NCBI GenBank assembly: GCA_964414795.1
Contig: CAYPWV010000005.1
Span: 4,336-68,335, forward strand
DNA: 64,000 nucleotides
Origin: an uncultured Gammaproteobacteria bacterium
GTDB lineage: Bacteria; Patescibacteriota; Patescibacteriia; UBA9934
Direction: 5' to 3'
Position numbers and translations under genes: made by a program
Notes under the pieces: model-generated
Database searches by the model: none
Told to the model about the DNA's origin: nothing
The model's input: only the letters and a program-made list of their open reading frames with translations
Shown: positions 10,113 to 19,092 of the stretch, one piece after another
Layout: each line of letters opens with the position of its first letter
Numbering within the stretch: the first letter of the stretch is position 1

Positions 10113-13100
10113 TTAAGCGTAGACCGGTTCAAACTCCTTATAGACACGCACGGTCTCAAAGTAAATGAACTCGATAAGACGCTCAGTTTGTTTTTCTTGA
10201 AGAATGCCTCGTTGAATCAACATCAAACGAACATTCTGACGAATACGAGCTTTAATGGTTTCGTTATTTGTCCAATCGATTGCGAGGTCTCTTCGAATAC
10301 GTTTTGTGAGATCTTTTACGAATTCTTTAATATCAATCCCGGTATCTTTAAGGTCGGGATTCTTTTCTAGCGAATCGTAGAATGCGATTTCTTCAGGGGA
10401 CAGTCCAAGTGCCTGACTTTCTTCATCGAGCTTTTTGATTTCTCCAGCGATCTCAAGAAGACGTTTGATGATTTCCGCCGAGCTAATCACGTTGTTCTCG
10501 TATTTTTCAATGAGATCGGAAAGCAAAGTAAGCATCGTCTCATAGCGCGCCTTGTTCATTCGCATTCGAGTAACAATTTCCTTATCCAGTAATTTGCGAA
10601 CGGTATCAACGGCAAGGTTTTTGTACTCAGATTTGCGAATTTCTTCGGCAAACTTCTCATCGAAAATAGAGATACTCTTCGATTCGTTTGCAACAGCAAA
10701 TAAATCAATGACTTCTTCGGCCTGAACGGCATCATGAAGCAGCGAACGAATTGCACTTTCCGTTTCTTCAGGGAAAACTGCCTTTGGAATAACCGTTTGC
10801 TTCGCGATTCCTTCGCGAACCGCTTGAAAGAATTGCACATCACCAGCAATCTTCATGGCTGGTTCGCTTGGCATGACCAATGCATGTAACTTCGACAATT
10901 TTCCAACGGTACCGATGTACTGCATCTTTTGATCGTCGGAAAGAATTCCGTTCTTTGAAATTACCGCGTTAATACAAGACTGCAACAACCGAGACAATTC
11001 CGTACCCTTCAGTTTTTTCCAATCCGAATATGTGATGCTATCCAGAAACGCGATACTTTGTTTATGTAGCGCATTCATTTCTGAGATAATCTCATCAAGA
11101 GGAATCATCGCCTCTTTTTGAGTTCCGGAATCATATACTGCCAACGCTTTTTTGAGGTTGTCTGCGATACCGATGTAATCAACAATAAGTCCACCCGGTT
11201 TATCCTTAAACACCCGGTTGACACGGGCGATTGCCTGCATGAGTCCGTGGTTTTTAAGCGGCTTATCAAGATACATGGTGTGGAGGCACGGGACATCAAA
11301 ACCCGTTAGCCACATATCGCAAACAATCGCGATCTTGAGCGGATCGTTTATTTTCTTGAATCTTTTTTCCAGCTTCTTTACGTCACGCTCGGTTTGAATA
11401 TCTGACACATATTCATCGCTATCAGATATAACTACCGCGCATTCAGGGGCATTAGGTATCTTTTGAATCTCTTTGTACATTGCAACTGCGATTCTTCGAC
11501 TCATTGTCACGATCATCGCCTTTCCTTCAATAGGGCGATTCGTGAAGTGACGAACAACATCTTTTGCAACTTCCTCTATACGACTCTGCGCTCCAACAAT
11601 CTCTTCAAGTACTGCCCACTCTTTACGAGCTTTTGTTTTCTCATCAACGATAATTTCCCCAAGTAAGCTATCGAATTTTGAATCGATAAACTTATCCGCC
11701 ATGTGCAGTGGCACAAGACGCCCCTCGTAATAAATAGGAACCGTTGCACCGTCCCGTACCGCCTTACCAATGCGATACTCACTTACTATTGGCCCGAACA
11801 CCCTTACCGTGTCCTTATCGTCATTCGAGATAGGAGTTCCTGTAACGCCTAAAAAGCTCGCGTTTGGCAAAGCCTGTCGTACACTCCCAGCAAGACCACT
11901 ATATTGAGTACGGTGGGCTTCATCAGCAAGTACAATCACGTTCTCGCGATCCGTTAATACCGCATTCGCGTCTGGATCTTCCTTAAACTTTTGGATCGTA
12001 GTGAAAATAAGTTCGCTCTGTAAATGTCCGAGTCGATTCCTTAGGTCTGCGATACTCAACGCTCGTTTTGCAAGCGTTCCATATCCTGTCCGTTTAAACG
12101 TCTTAAAAAGCTGATCATCCAAATCTTCGCGATCGGTAAGAAAGACGTAGGCCGGGCCTTTCAATGCATCGATGCGATTGGTTTTGTTAACGTAGAAAAC
12201 CATGGAAAGTGATTTTCCGGATCCTTGCGTGTGCCAGAAAACACCGATCTTGTGATCCTGTTCGCCTCCCACGGCGCGTATCGTGCTTTCAACGGTCTCA
12301 TTGACTCCGTAATACTGATGATACAGACACATTTTCTTCGTGTAGGTAACTGCGTCTCCATCTCCATCTGCCTCGAAGACGATAAAGTTCCGAAGCACGT
12401 CCAAGAAACGATGCTTTTCGAATAAGCCAATTGCGAGTACTTCAAGTTGACTCGCATCTTTTGGCGCATCATCATCCGTCTTTACCCCTTTCCATGCCCC
12501 ATAACGCTCCCAGGAAGAGGAAATCGTTCCATGCTTCGCCGTATGAAGATCAGAAAGTCCGATAACTTGGTTATACAAGAAGAGCTTTGGAATCTCTTTT
12601 TTGTACAATTCGATATCTCGATACGCTTCGCCGATAGAAGCAGTATCACGCACTGCGCTTTTTAGCTCGAATACCGACAACGGCAATCCATTGATAAACA
12701 CCACTACATCAGGACGACGAAGAGAATCCGCTCCCTGTACAGTGAATTGATTTACAACGAGAAATTCATTTGCATCTGCATTCTCATAATCAATAAGTTT
12801 CACTAACTCGGCATTCTCGTTTCCATCAGTTCGCCAAGAATGCTTTTTTCCATCCGTAATCCAGGAAAACATTTCCTTATTACCAAGAACCAGATCCGCA
12901 TGATTATATTCCGCAATATCATCTGCAACTTCCTCGGCCTGCTCTGAAGGCAACTGCGGATTAAGGCGTCGAATAGCCCCAACCAACCGATCCTTCAATA
13001 CAACAGTTCGAAAATCGCCACGCTCAGCTTTTTGCTGACCGGGGTTAATGTCGGGGCCGTATACATATTCATAGCCCTGACCCTTGAGCCAATCTATAAG

Positions 13101-13139
13101 GGATTGCTCGGTTAAGTTTTGTTCGTTGAGAGAGTTCAT
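10113..13139 (-). CDS. hsdR: Type I restriction endonuclease R subunit
   Basis: RRPDVVVFINGLPLSVFELK nuclease motif, WHTQGSGKS, DEAHR and DMWLTGFD. Start may be 13139 or 13163. Confidence 0.96.
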   Translation of the reverse strand: MNSLNEQNLTEQSLIDWLKGQGYEYVYGPDINPGQQKAERGDFRTVVLKDRLVGAIRRLNPQLPSEQAEEVADDIAEYNHADLVLGNKEMFSWITDGKKHSWRTDGNENAELVKLIDYENADANEFLVVNQFTVQGADSLRRPDVVVFINGLPLSVFELKSAVRDTASIGEAYRDIELYKKEIPKLFLYNQVIGLSDLHTAKHGTISSSWERYGAWKGVKTDDDAPKDASQLEVLAIGLFEKHRFLDVLRNFIVFEADGDGDAVTYTKKMCLYHQYYGVNETVESTIRAVGGEQDHKIGVFWHTQGSGKSLSMVFYVNKTNRIDALKGPAYVFLTDREDLDDQLFKTFKRTGYGTLAKRALSIADLRNRLGHLQSELIFTTIQKFKEDPDANAVLTDRENVIVLADEAHRTQYSGLAGSVRQALPNASFLGVTGTPISNDDKDTVRVFGPIVSEYRIGKAVRDGATVPIYYEGRLVPLHMADKFIDSKFDSLLGEIIVDEKTKARKEWAVLEEIVGAQSRIEEVAKDVVRHFTNRPIEGKAMIVTMSRRIAVAMYKEIQKIPNAPECAVVISDSDEYVSDIQTERDVKKLEKRFKKINDPLKIAIVCDMWLTGFDVPCLHTMYLDKPLKNHGLMQAIARVNRVFKDKPGGLIVDYIGIADNLKKALAVYDSGTQKEAMIPLDEIISEMNALHKQSIAFLDSITYSDWKKLKGTELSRLLQSCINAVISKNGILSDDQKMQYIGTVGKLSKLHALVMPSEPAMKIAGDVQFFQAVREGIAKQTVIPKAVFPEETESAIRSLLHDAVQAEEVIDLFAVANESKSISIFDEKFAEEIRKSEYKNLAVDTVRKLLDKEIVTRMRMNKARYETMLTLLSDLIEKYENNVISSAEIIKRLLEIAGEIKKLDEESQALGLSPEEIAFYDSLEKNPDLKDTGIDIKEFVKDLTKRIRRDLAIDWTNNETIKARIRQNVRLMLIQRGILQEKQTERLIEFIYFETVRVYKEFEPVYA

Positions 13140-13167
13140 AGATTGAATTCGGGATATCCACATCTCC

Positions 13168-13196
13168 TTGATTTTTAGCCCTACTTAAGGTAGTTT
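13168..13196 (+). promoter_or_regulatory. Sigma70-like promoter for ncRNA candidate 1 (antisense to the R-M operon)
   Basis: TTGATT - 17 bp - TAGTTT. Confidence 0.55.
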
Positions 13197-13202
13197 TAAG
13201 GT

Positions 13203-13270
13203 AAAGGTTCCAACCCTCCGATACGAGCCCCTGGGCTCTTCCGAAAGGATAGGGGGGTTGGTCATTTTTT
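13203..13270 (+). ncRNA. DUF3800-associated structured RNA candidate 1
   Basis: A 10-bp stem CCAACCCTCC/GGGGGGTTGG encloses hairpins GAGCC-CCTG-GGCTC and TCC-GAAA-GGA. A T-run follows, and the element abuts the DUF3800 stop codon. Confidence 0.7.
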
Positions 13271-13987
13271 ATCTACATATTTGTAAAATTCAGTTGTTCC
13301 TGATTTAAAAATTTCAAAGTGATTTTTAATGTGTGCCTTAATAATTTCGTAAGGCCGAATCTCATTCCTCTCATTTTTAATCGAAACTGCCCAACAGCAA
13401 TAATCAGCAAGTTGACAATTCAAATCAGAATTCGACGAGTGAGAAAAAATCTCAAATGGTACGGGGGGAAATGCTTCTTTCAAAAAATGTTTTAGTGTTT
13501 GCAGAACAATCTTTTTCTTGTCGCCAGTATAGAGAGAGCCCAGAACGACAACAATTTTATCAACTTTTTCGCGCTTTCCCTCAAATAAGTATTTCAACAA
13601 ACACTCACAACATTTCTTATAAAGACCGAATCCTGTTACTCGTTCAATTAATTTTTTTCGTTTATAATAGTTTTTTTTATATAAAGTTGGGTTGGCTTTA
13701 TTTTTTTGAGCTATCACTGAATGCACTTCAAAAGTTCCATTGAGTTGTTCGAACAAACGAAACACTCGATTTCTCACATCTTGTGAATCCTCGGTTGCGT
13801 GAAAAGATTCTTGATCCAAGCCTTGTACAAGTAATCGATAACGCAAGCGCAATAACTCTTCTCGCTTTATCACGGGATCAAAAGTGACAAAACCCGTAAG
13901 AACAAAAAACTTTGTCCCCTTTGGGGAGAAATCAAAATTTCCTGACTCATCCAAAAACACGAAAATTGTCTTTTGTGTGGACTCCAT
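13262..13987 (-). CDS. DUF3800 family protein (RNase H-like fold)
   Basis: N-terminal FVFLDESG, central FHATED and C-terminal CQLADYCCW motifs. Confidence 0.88.
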   Translation of the reverse strand: MESTQKTIFVFLDESGNFDFSPKGTKFFVLTGFVTFDPVIKREELLRLRYRLLVQGLDQESFHATEDSQDVRNRVFRLFEQLNGTFEVHSVIAQKNKANPTLYKKNYYKRKKLIERVTGFGLYKKCCECLLKYLFEGKREKVDKIVVVLGSLYTGDKKKIVLQTLKHFLKEAFPPVPFEIFSHSSNSDLNCQLADYCCWAVSIKNERNEIRPYEIIKAHIKNHFEIFKSGTTEFYKYVDKK

Positions 13988-13991
13988 AGAA

Positions 13992-15143
13992 CTAAATCAA
14001 CTTTACTGATAACAAATCTCTTGATTGTTCCAAAAGCTCGACTTCTTTAATTAACCGTTTTATTTCTTCAAACAACGAAGCAACTCTTTTATGAAATAGG
14101 TTAATTATTGCACCGGTGGGTTCTAATACTTTGATATTTGAGAATATATTAGTATTCACATTCAACGTCGTTGATCCACCTGAACCGATAGCTTGTAAGT
14201 CACTCTTTTTACTTACTAAACTGAAGTACAGAAATTCCAGCAGACTCTTACCATTCGGGATGACGGTATTTATCTGTTGATTCGTCTGTGAGTCTTTCGT
14301 TGTAATTGAAACCAATCCAACGGTTGCAATACAACTCACACAAATCGATCCTTCTGGCACAAGTTTATTTTTTTGAGTACTGGCACCTGCTTCTGTGAGG
14401 CTGTCTTCAGTTTTAATGATAAATACCTGCCCATGCATGTCAGGAATTTTTATAAAAAATATATCACCACCAAAATAGCTTGGTTCAGACTTTGAAGGAG
14501 TTTTTCCACAAACTACATTTCCAAAATCACTGACTTTTCCAACTCGCCACCCCTCCGGAATCTCCCCCATCTCACTCTCAACCAATCCGACCTTCTCATG
14601 ACCAGGAAAGTTAAACTTCACAAACCACTCGTCAAAAATGGCTTGTGCAATTGCTTCAAGATTTTTGATAATGGAGTTGTTGTTTTGTATTTTTTCATCG
14701 TAAGAGCTCAAAATTGCCGCAATCTTTTTTTGATACTGGACATTGGGAATTTTTACTTGCATCCCGTGTATGTGATTACGGTTTAGGGTAGGAACTCCCG
14801 TCCCAGAATTGAATTTTTCAAAATCAAATGACGACAAAAAATAATAACAAAACTTTGGATCATTACCGTGAAAATCACTGACGTACAAGGTCGTGTTATG
14901 CGGCCAATAATCCTCCTCCACGTAAAAGATGCCCCCCAACGATCCACTTCGCCCTGTAAATACACCGGGTCCTCTAACCTTGAACTCATTGTGAAATTCT
15001 CTTCGACCATTCGAGAAGACAACCGGGTATTCACCTTTTTTAATCTCCGTCAGAGGCAGATCATAACCTCGATGAAAGGTGATCACTTCGCCAAGAGTTG
15101 TTTCTTTTCTCTCCTTTTTTATTTGTTCCAAAAATTTGTCCAT
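13992..15143 (-). CDS. hsdS: Type I R-M specificity subunit
   Basis: Two target-recognition domains separated by conserved QKKIAAILSSYDEKI...LEAIAQAIFDEWF and ESEMGEIPEGW segments. Confidence 0.95.
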   Translation of the reverse strand: MDKFLEQIKKERKETTLGEVITFHRGYDLPLTEIKKGEYPVVFSNGRREFHNEFKVRGPGVFTGRSGSLGGIFYVEEDYWPHNTTLYVSDFHGNDPKFCYYFLSSFDFEKFNSGTGVPTLNRNHIHGMQVKIPNVQYQKKIAAILSSYDEKIQNNNSIIKNLEAIAQAIFDEWFVKFNFPGHEKVGLVESEMGEIPEGWRVGKVSDFGNVVCGKTPSKSEPSYFGGDIFFIKIPDMHGQVFIIKTEDSLTEAGASTQKNKLVPEGSICVSCIATVGLVSITTKDSQTNQQINTVIPNGKSLLEFLYFSLVSKKSDLQAIGSGGSTTLNVNTNIFSNIKVLEPTGAIINLFHKRVASLFEEIKRLIKEVELLEQSRDLLSVKLI

Positions 15144-15145
15144 AT

Positions 15146-16318
15146 TTATTCTTCTTCTGGCACCGGCAATTCCAACGCCTCAATCTTTTGCAACTGAACA
15201 ACTCCGCTAATATCCCCATAAATACCTATCGTATTTTTAATAACTTTTTGAATCTGTTTTTCTCGCTCCGTCCAAATCTTTTCATAAGCAAGACGCTCCT
15301 TTTGTAAAGAAATATTCATACCTTGAAACGCTTCGACAATCGCCTCAATGCGCTGACGGAATTCAACTCCTGAAAGATAGGAATACATAACTTCCATCTT
15401 TTCATTCTTGCCAACCGAACTGAACTTTTCACGAGCTACCGAAAGAAGTTCTTGCCGAAGAAGTGTGGCAACAGAAACGGCCAATTTTATATCGCAAACC
15501 CATACGCCATCTCGATCAGAGATTGCGTCTGCGCCCGTTGGAAGAACGGACGAGACGATAACCGCGAGATCCGCTTTTACCGTTCGTTGATCGTCCTTAA
15601 GTTTTTGAATCCAGCCTTCAGTCCAAACTTTTGTCTTTTTAGACTCCCAAATAATCTTTCCGCACTCAATACCATTCTTATTTTTAACAATCTGAATTAC
15701 ATCAGCTCCGTTAACTCCTTTGGGGACAAGGATGATATCGTCGTAAATAAATTCACTCTTGAGCGTTTCCTCAAGAATCATTTCTTGAACTTCGCCCTGC
15801 GTCTGCTGCGACCCTTGTTCTAACTTTCTAGCCAACTCATCTTTCGCTTTTGTGGCATCGGAGAGCTGCTTGTTTAACTGATCAATCTTAGCTTGCTGAG
15901 CCTCTGTGGCTCGCTTCGATGCGTCTTCTTCGATCTTCTTTCGCTCTTCATCCATCTGACGCTGTTTCTCTAGCTCAAAGCGGTCTTTCTCTTCTTTTAA
16001 CTGCACAGCCTGACGACGAAGTTCAAGCTCTTTTTCTCCTGACTCCTTAAGCTTTTGCTCCTTGTCCTTAAGTTGCTCCTCTAAAAACTTGCGCTCTGCT
16101 TCACCTTCTTTTGCTACGTCGGCTTTTACTTTTTTCGTAAGGTCAGCAGATAGTGCATCCAACTTCTTTGTATTCTCCCTTTCGAGGGATGCCTTAAGAA
16201 CAGCTTCTTTTTCTTCAAAGTCTTTCTTTAGTTTACTCTCAATCTGGTGCGTCAAAACATCATCGATAGAAATCGACTCATGACAGTTTGGACAGATAAT
16301 TTCGTTTGTTTTTGACAT
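15146..16318 (-). CDS. DUF2130 family coiled-coil protein
   Basis: N-terminal CPNC, long coiled coil, GSQQTQGE and a PD-(D/E)xK-like GADV...WESK...WIQKLKDDQR region. Confidence 0.85.
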   Translation of the reverse strand: MSKTNEIICPNCHESISIDDVLTHQIESKLKKDFEEKEAVLKASLERENTKKLDALSADLTKKVKADVAKEGEAERKFLEEQLKDKEQKLKESGEKELELRRQAVQLKEEKDRFELEKQRQMDEERKKIEEDASKRATEAQQAKIDQLNKQLSDATKAKDELARKLEQGSQQTQGEVQEMILEETLKSEFIYDDIILVPKGVNGADVIQIVKNKNGIECGKIIWESKKTKVWTEGWIQKLKDDQRTVKADLAVIVSSVLPTGADAISDRDGVWVCDIKLAVSVATLLRQELLSVAREKFSSVGKNEKMEVMYSYLSGVEFRQRIEAIVEAFQGMNISLQKERLAYEKIWTEREKQIQKVIKNTIGIYGDISGVVQLQKIEALELPVPEEE

Positions 16319-16329
16319 ATGGGGATAGA

Positions 16330-16358
16330 TTGACTTTTTGTTCAGATTCTGGTATATT
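16330..16358 (+). promoter_or_regulatory. Sigma70-like promoter for ncRNA candidate 2 (antisense to the R-M operon)
   Basis: TTGACT - 17 bp - TATATT, with TG at the extended -10 position. Confidence 0.75.
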
Positions 16359-16363
16359 CTTTA

Positions 16364-16512
16364 GTAGAGGCATGCAATAATATCTTATCTGATGCTTCGG
16401 CGTTCCCTCGGAGTTTCTGGGGTTTCTCTCGGCAACGAGAGATGTAGCTGAAGATATTCATCACATAAGACGCTGCTTCTACCAAAGAAAGTCTGTATCA
16501 CAGGCTTTTTTT
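16364..16512 (+). ncRNA. DUF3800-associated structured RNA candidate 2
   Basis: Nested stems GTAGAGGCA/TGCTTCTAC, TCTTATCTGATG/CATCACATAAGA and CTTCGGC/GCTGAAG close hairpins CCTCGGA-GTT-TCTGGGG and TCTCTCG-GCAA-CGAGAGA. It has its own promoter and terminator. Confidence 0.75.
16488..16512 (+). terminator. Intrinsic terminator of ncRNA candidate 2 (possibly bidirectional)
   Basis: AAAGTCTGT-ATC-ACAGGCTTT followed by TTTT. Confidence 0.7.
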
Positions 16513-16517
16513 GTTTG

Positions 16518-17159
16518 TCATGTGAAAAACTCCTTCCCTTGGTCAAGAAAATTATTCTTGAGAATTTTGTAGCATTCTTCACCAAGTGGGGATTTTTCCA
16601 GATAACGATTCAAGGCTCCGGAGATCCAGTCTACAATCTGCATGTTTGCATTCGATGTAGAATCAACCATTTCCACTTGTACCACGGTTCCTGGAGGACA
16701 AAGCGTAAGAATTCGTGCTCGAATTGATTGTTCAAATTCTTTTTTCGTAACGCCATTTAAAGAGCGCTGGTCGCAAAATACATGAATCTCTTTTTCGTCA
16801 TTAGGAAAATATTGTTCGATAATTTGGGTAATAATATTGGTATAAAGTTTACCGCTCTCAATTTTTCCTTTTTTCCGAAAATTACTCGGGATATTATTTC
16901 GCAGTAAATAACCAAACCGAATACGCACGTCTAATTTTGCAATATATTTCAATGTCTTTATACGAAGATCGTCGGTGATGCCAGATTGCGACCATTTGAT
17001 CTCAGCTTGCGATCGCATCTTTCTCGGAAACCGATCACGCCACGCTCGGAAAGCTTTTGCAGTTCGACGCTGATCACCAACCGTAAAAGATCCAATCACG
17101 AAATACTCCTCATGGTTATGCTTTGTAAAATTGCCACTCTCATCCAAAAAGAGAAACAT
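16518..17159 (-). CDS. DUF3800 family protein (RNase H-like fold)
   Basis: MFLFLDESG, EIKWS, VFCDQR and VDS...MQIVDWISGA motifs. The ATG at 17159 is 1 nt after the hsdM stop. Confidence 0.88.
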   Translation of the reverse strand: MFLFLDESGNFTKHNHEEYFVIGSFTVGDQRRTAKAFRAWRDRFPRKMRSQAEIKWSQSGITDDLRIKTLKYIAKLDVRIRFGYLLRNNIPSNFRKKGKIESGKLYTNIITQIIEQYFPNDEKEIHVFCDQRSLNGVTKKEFEQSIRARILTLCPPGTVVQVEMVDSTSNANMQIVDWISGALNRYLEKSPLGEECYKILKNNFLDQGKEFFT

Positions 17160-17160
17160 A

Positions 17161-18957
17161 TTAGAATCCAAGCTCTTTCAAGTTGCCCTCAATAACATTC
17201 TCTAGTTCGTGTCCGCGTTTAAAGGAAATATGCAGTTCATCGGAAAGCTTTTTCATCTTTTCCTCGAACGAGATGCCGTCATCTTCCACCTCGGAGAGTC
17301 CGACATATCGTCCTGGAGTGAGGACGTAACCGTTCTTTTGAATCTCATCTAACGTTGCCGATCGGCAATAACCAAGGATGTCCTCGTATGCACCGGCTCC
17401 ATCCTCTCCGCGCCACGCACGAACCGTCCCTGCAATCTTTTGTATATGCTCTGCGTTGAATACAACTTGCTTACGTGAAATCTGCTCGAACAATTCTCGG
17501 GCATCAATAAAAAGCGTTTCTCCTTTGCGAGAGCGGAAGCGGTCACCACCTTTATTTTTTGATAAGAACCAAAGCGATACAGGAAGCCCAACGTTGTAGA
17601 AAAGTTTAGAGGGACAGGAAATAATCACGTCAACAAAATCCGTTTCGATAAGTTTTTGTCGAAGCTCACCTTCTTTTCCAGATACTGCCAACGCACCGTT
17701 TGGCATGACAAATCCAGCGTTTCCGTTGGGCGCGAGATGATGCACAAAATGCTGTATCCACATGAAGTTGGCATTTCCCGAAGGGGGAAGGCCAAGAATG
17801 ATCCGGGGATCGTTGTCCGAAAGTTTCGAGGGTTCCCATTCACCATTGAAGGGAGGATTCGTGATAACGAAATCCGCCTGCAAATGCGGGAACATGTCGT
17901 TATAGTAAGTGTTGCCGAGTTCGATCTTTCCGGAAAGGCCTCGGATCGCAAGGTTCATCTTGGCAAGGCGAAGCGTTGTCTGGTTGCTTTCCTGACCATT
18001 AAATGAAAGTTTTGGCGCATCCTTCCCATGTTCGCGAAGATATTCAGCTATGGATACGAACATGCCACCGCTTCCACAGGCAGGATCAAAAACGCGAGCA
18101 TTCTCTCGCGGCTCAAGAACTTCTACTAAAAGTTTTACGATCGAACGCGGAGTGAAAAATTCTCCGCCACGTTTGCCCTCCGCTGAGGCAAACTGCCCAA
18201 GGAAGTACTCGTAAATGCGCCCAAGGATATCTTTTTCTCGATCAAAATCATGATTGAATGAAATGCGGGAAAAGATGTTAACCAATTCACCCAATACCGA
18301 ATGATCAAGATTTGTTTTTGTATATACGCGTGGAAGTACATTTTCAAGTTGATCAGGATTATCCTTCTCGATAAGCATCATTGCATCATCTAAAACCTTT
18401 CCCAAATCCGCGCTCATTGTCTTCGTTTGGAGATACTCCCAACGCGACCGTTCTGGAACGTAGAAAACACCTTCCGCGGTATAAAAATCTTTAGTCTCAA
18501 GAATTTGCTTACGAGCCTCCTCGTTCGAAACATAGAAATCCTCGTTCTTTGGATCGCGAGTCATTTCCGCGAGTACCTCACGACGTTTGTAGAAAGAATC
18601 CGAAATGTATTTTAAAAAGAGAAGCCCGAGAACGATGTTCTTATATTCGGAGACATCGATATTTCCACGGAGCTTATCAGCGGCTGCCCACAGTTCTTTT
18701 TCGAAGCCAAGATCATGGTGCTGACTCTTTTTTCCGACCACGCTTGCCGTCGCCTTCTTCTGCTCTTCCGTGATTCGTCCTTGAAGCTCCTCGGAAAGAG
18801 AGGCCTTGGGGATAACAAAGGTCGGTTTCGACGAATCGCCGATATTTTCAGCAATAATGTCACCTTTCTTAATTTTCTGGTGAACAGCCACACGAGAAAT
18901 CCCCAGCATCTTGGCTAGCTGGGTTGGAGTAATGAATTGGGATTTATCGATGGACAT
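17161..18957 (-). CDS. hsdM: Type I R-M methyltransferase with N-terminal HTH fusion
   Basis: LWAAADKLRG, GEFFTP, DPACGSGG and NPPF motifs. The extra N-terminus ITPTQLAKMLGISRVAVHQKIKKG is an excisionase/MerR-like HTH. Confidence 0.96.
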   Translation of the reverse strand: MSIDKSQFITPTQLAKMLGISRVAVHQKIKKGDIIAENIGDSSKPTFVIPKASLSEELQGRITEEQKKATASVVGKKSQHHDLGFEKELWAAADKLRGNIDVSEYKNIVLGLLFLKYISDSFYKRREVLAEMTRDPKNEDFYVSNEEARKQILETKDFYTAEGVFYVPERSRWEYLQTKTMSADLGKVLDDAMMLIEKDNPDQLENVLPRVYTKTNLDHSVLGELVNIFSRISFNHDFDREKDILGRIYEYFLGQFASAEGKRGGEFFTPRSIVKLLVEVLEPRENARVFDPACGSGGMFVSIAEYLREHGKDAPKLSFNGQESNQTTLRLAKMNLAIRGLSGKIELGNTYYNDMFPHLQADFVITNPPFNGEWEPSKLSDNDPRIILGLPPSGNANFMWIQHFVHHLAPNGNAGFVMPNGALAVSGKEGELRQKLIETDFVDVIISCPSKLFYNVGLPVSLWFLSKNKGGDRFRSRKGETLFIDARELFEQISRKQVVFNAEHIQKIAGTVRAWRGEDGAGAYEDILGYCRSATLDEIQKNGYVLTPGRYVGLSEVEDDGISFEEKMKKLSDELHISFKRGHELENVIEGNLKELGF

Positions 18958-18971
18958 AGGTGTACTTTTGA

Positions 18972-19020
18972 TTTACACGTGTAAAGTACTATACGGAGTT
19001 CATTTTGTCAACTTTACACA
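18972..19020 (-). promoter_or_regulatory. hsdM promoter with palindromic operator
   Basis: TTGACA - 17 bp - TACTTT on the minus strand. A perfect palindrome TTTACACGTGTAAA (18972-18985) overlaps the -10, and a half-site lies at 19012-19020. Confidence 0.6.
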
Positions 19021-19048
19021 TGATAAGGTGCCTTTATTCCCAACGGAA

Positions 19049-19084
19049 CAAAAAACTCACTCCATTTCTGAAGTGAGTTTTTTG
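19049..19084 (-). terminator. Terminator after efp
   Basis: CAAAAAACTCACT...AGTGAGTTTTTTG inverted repeat. Confidence 0.7.
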
Positions 19085-19092
19085 GAAAAAAC

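Noticed and set aside
16364-16512. RNA2 as 6S RNA, tRNA or SRP RNA
   Set aside because: It is shorter than typical 6S and lacks a large central bubble. It has no T-loop or CCA and no SRP helix-8 motif, and it lies inside an accessory island. A covariance-model search is still needed.
16385-16585. 66-aa minus-strand ORF across the RNA2 region
   Set aside because: It overlaps DUF3800b out of frame, has no motif, and crosses a terminator and a strongly structured region.
10063-19092. att sites or an integrase for the R-M island
   Set aside because: No flanking direct repeat was found by eye and there is no recombinase gene in the island.
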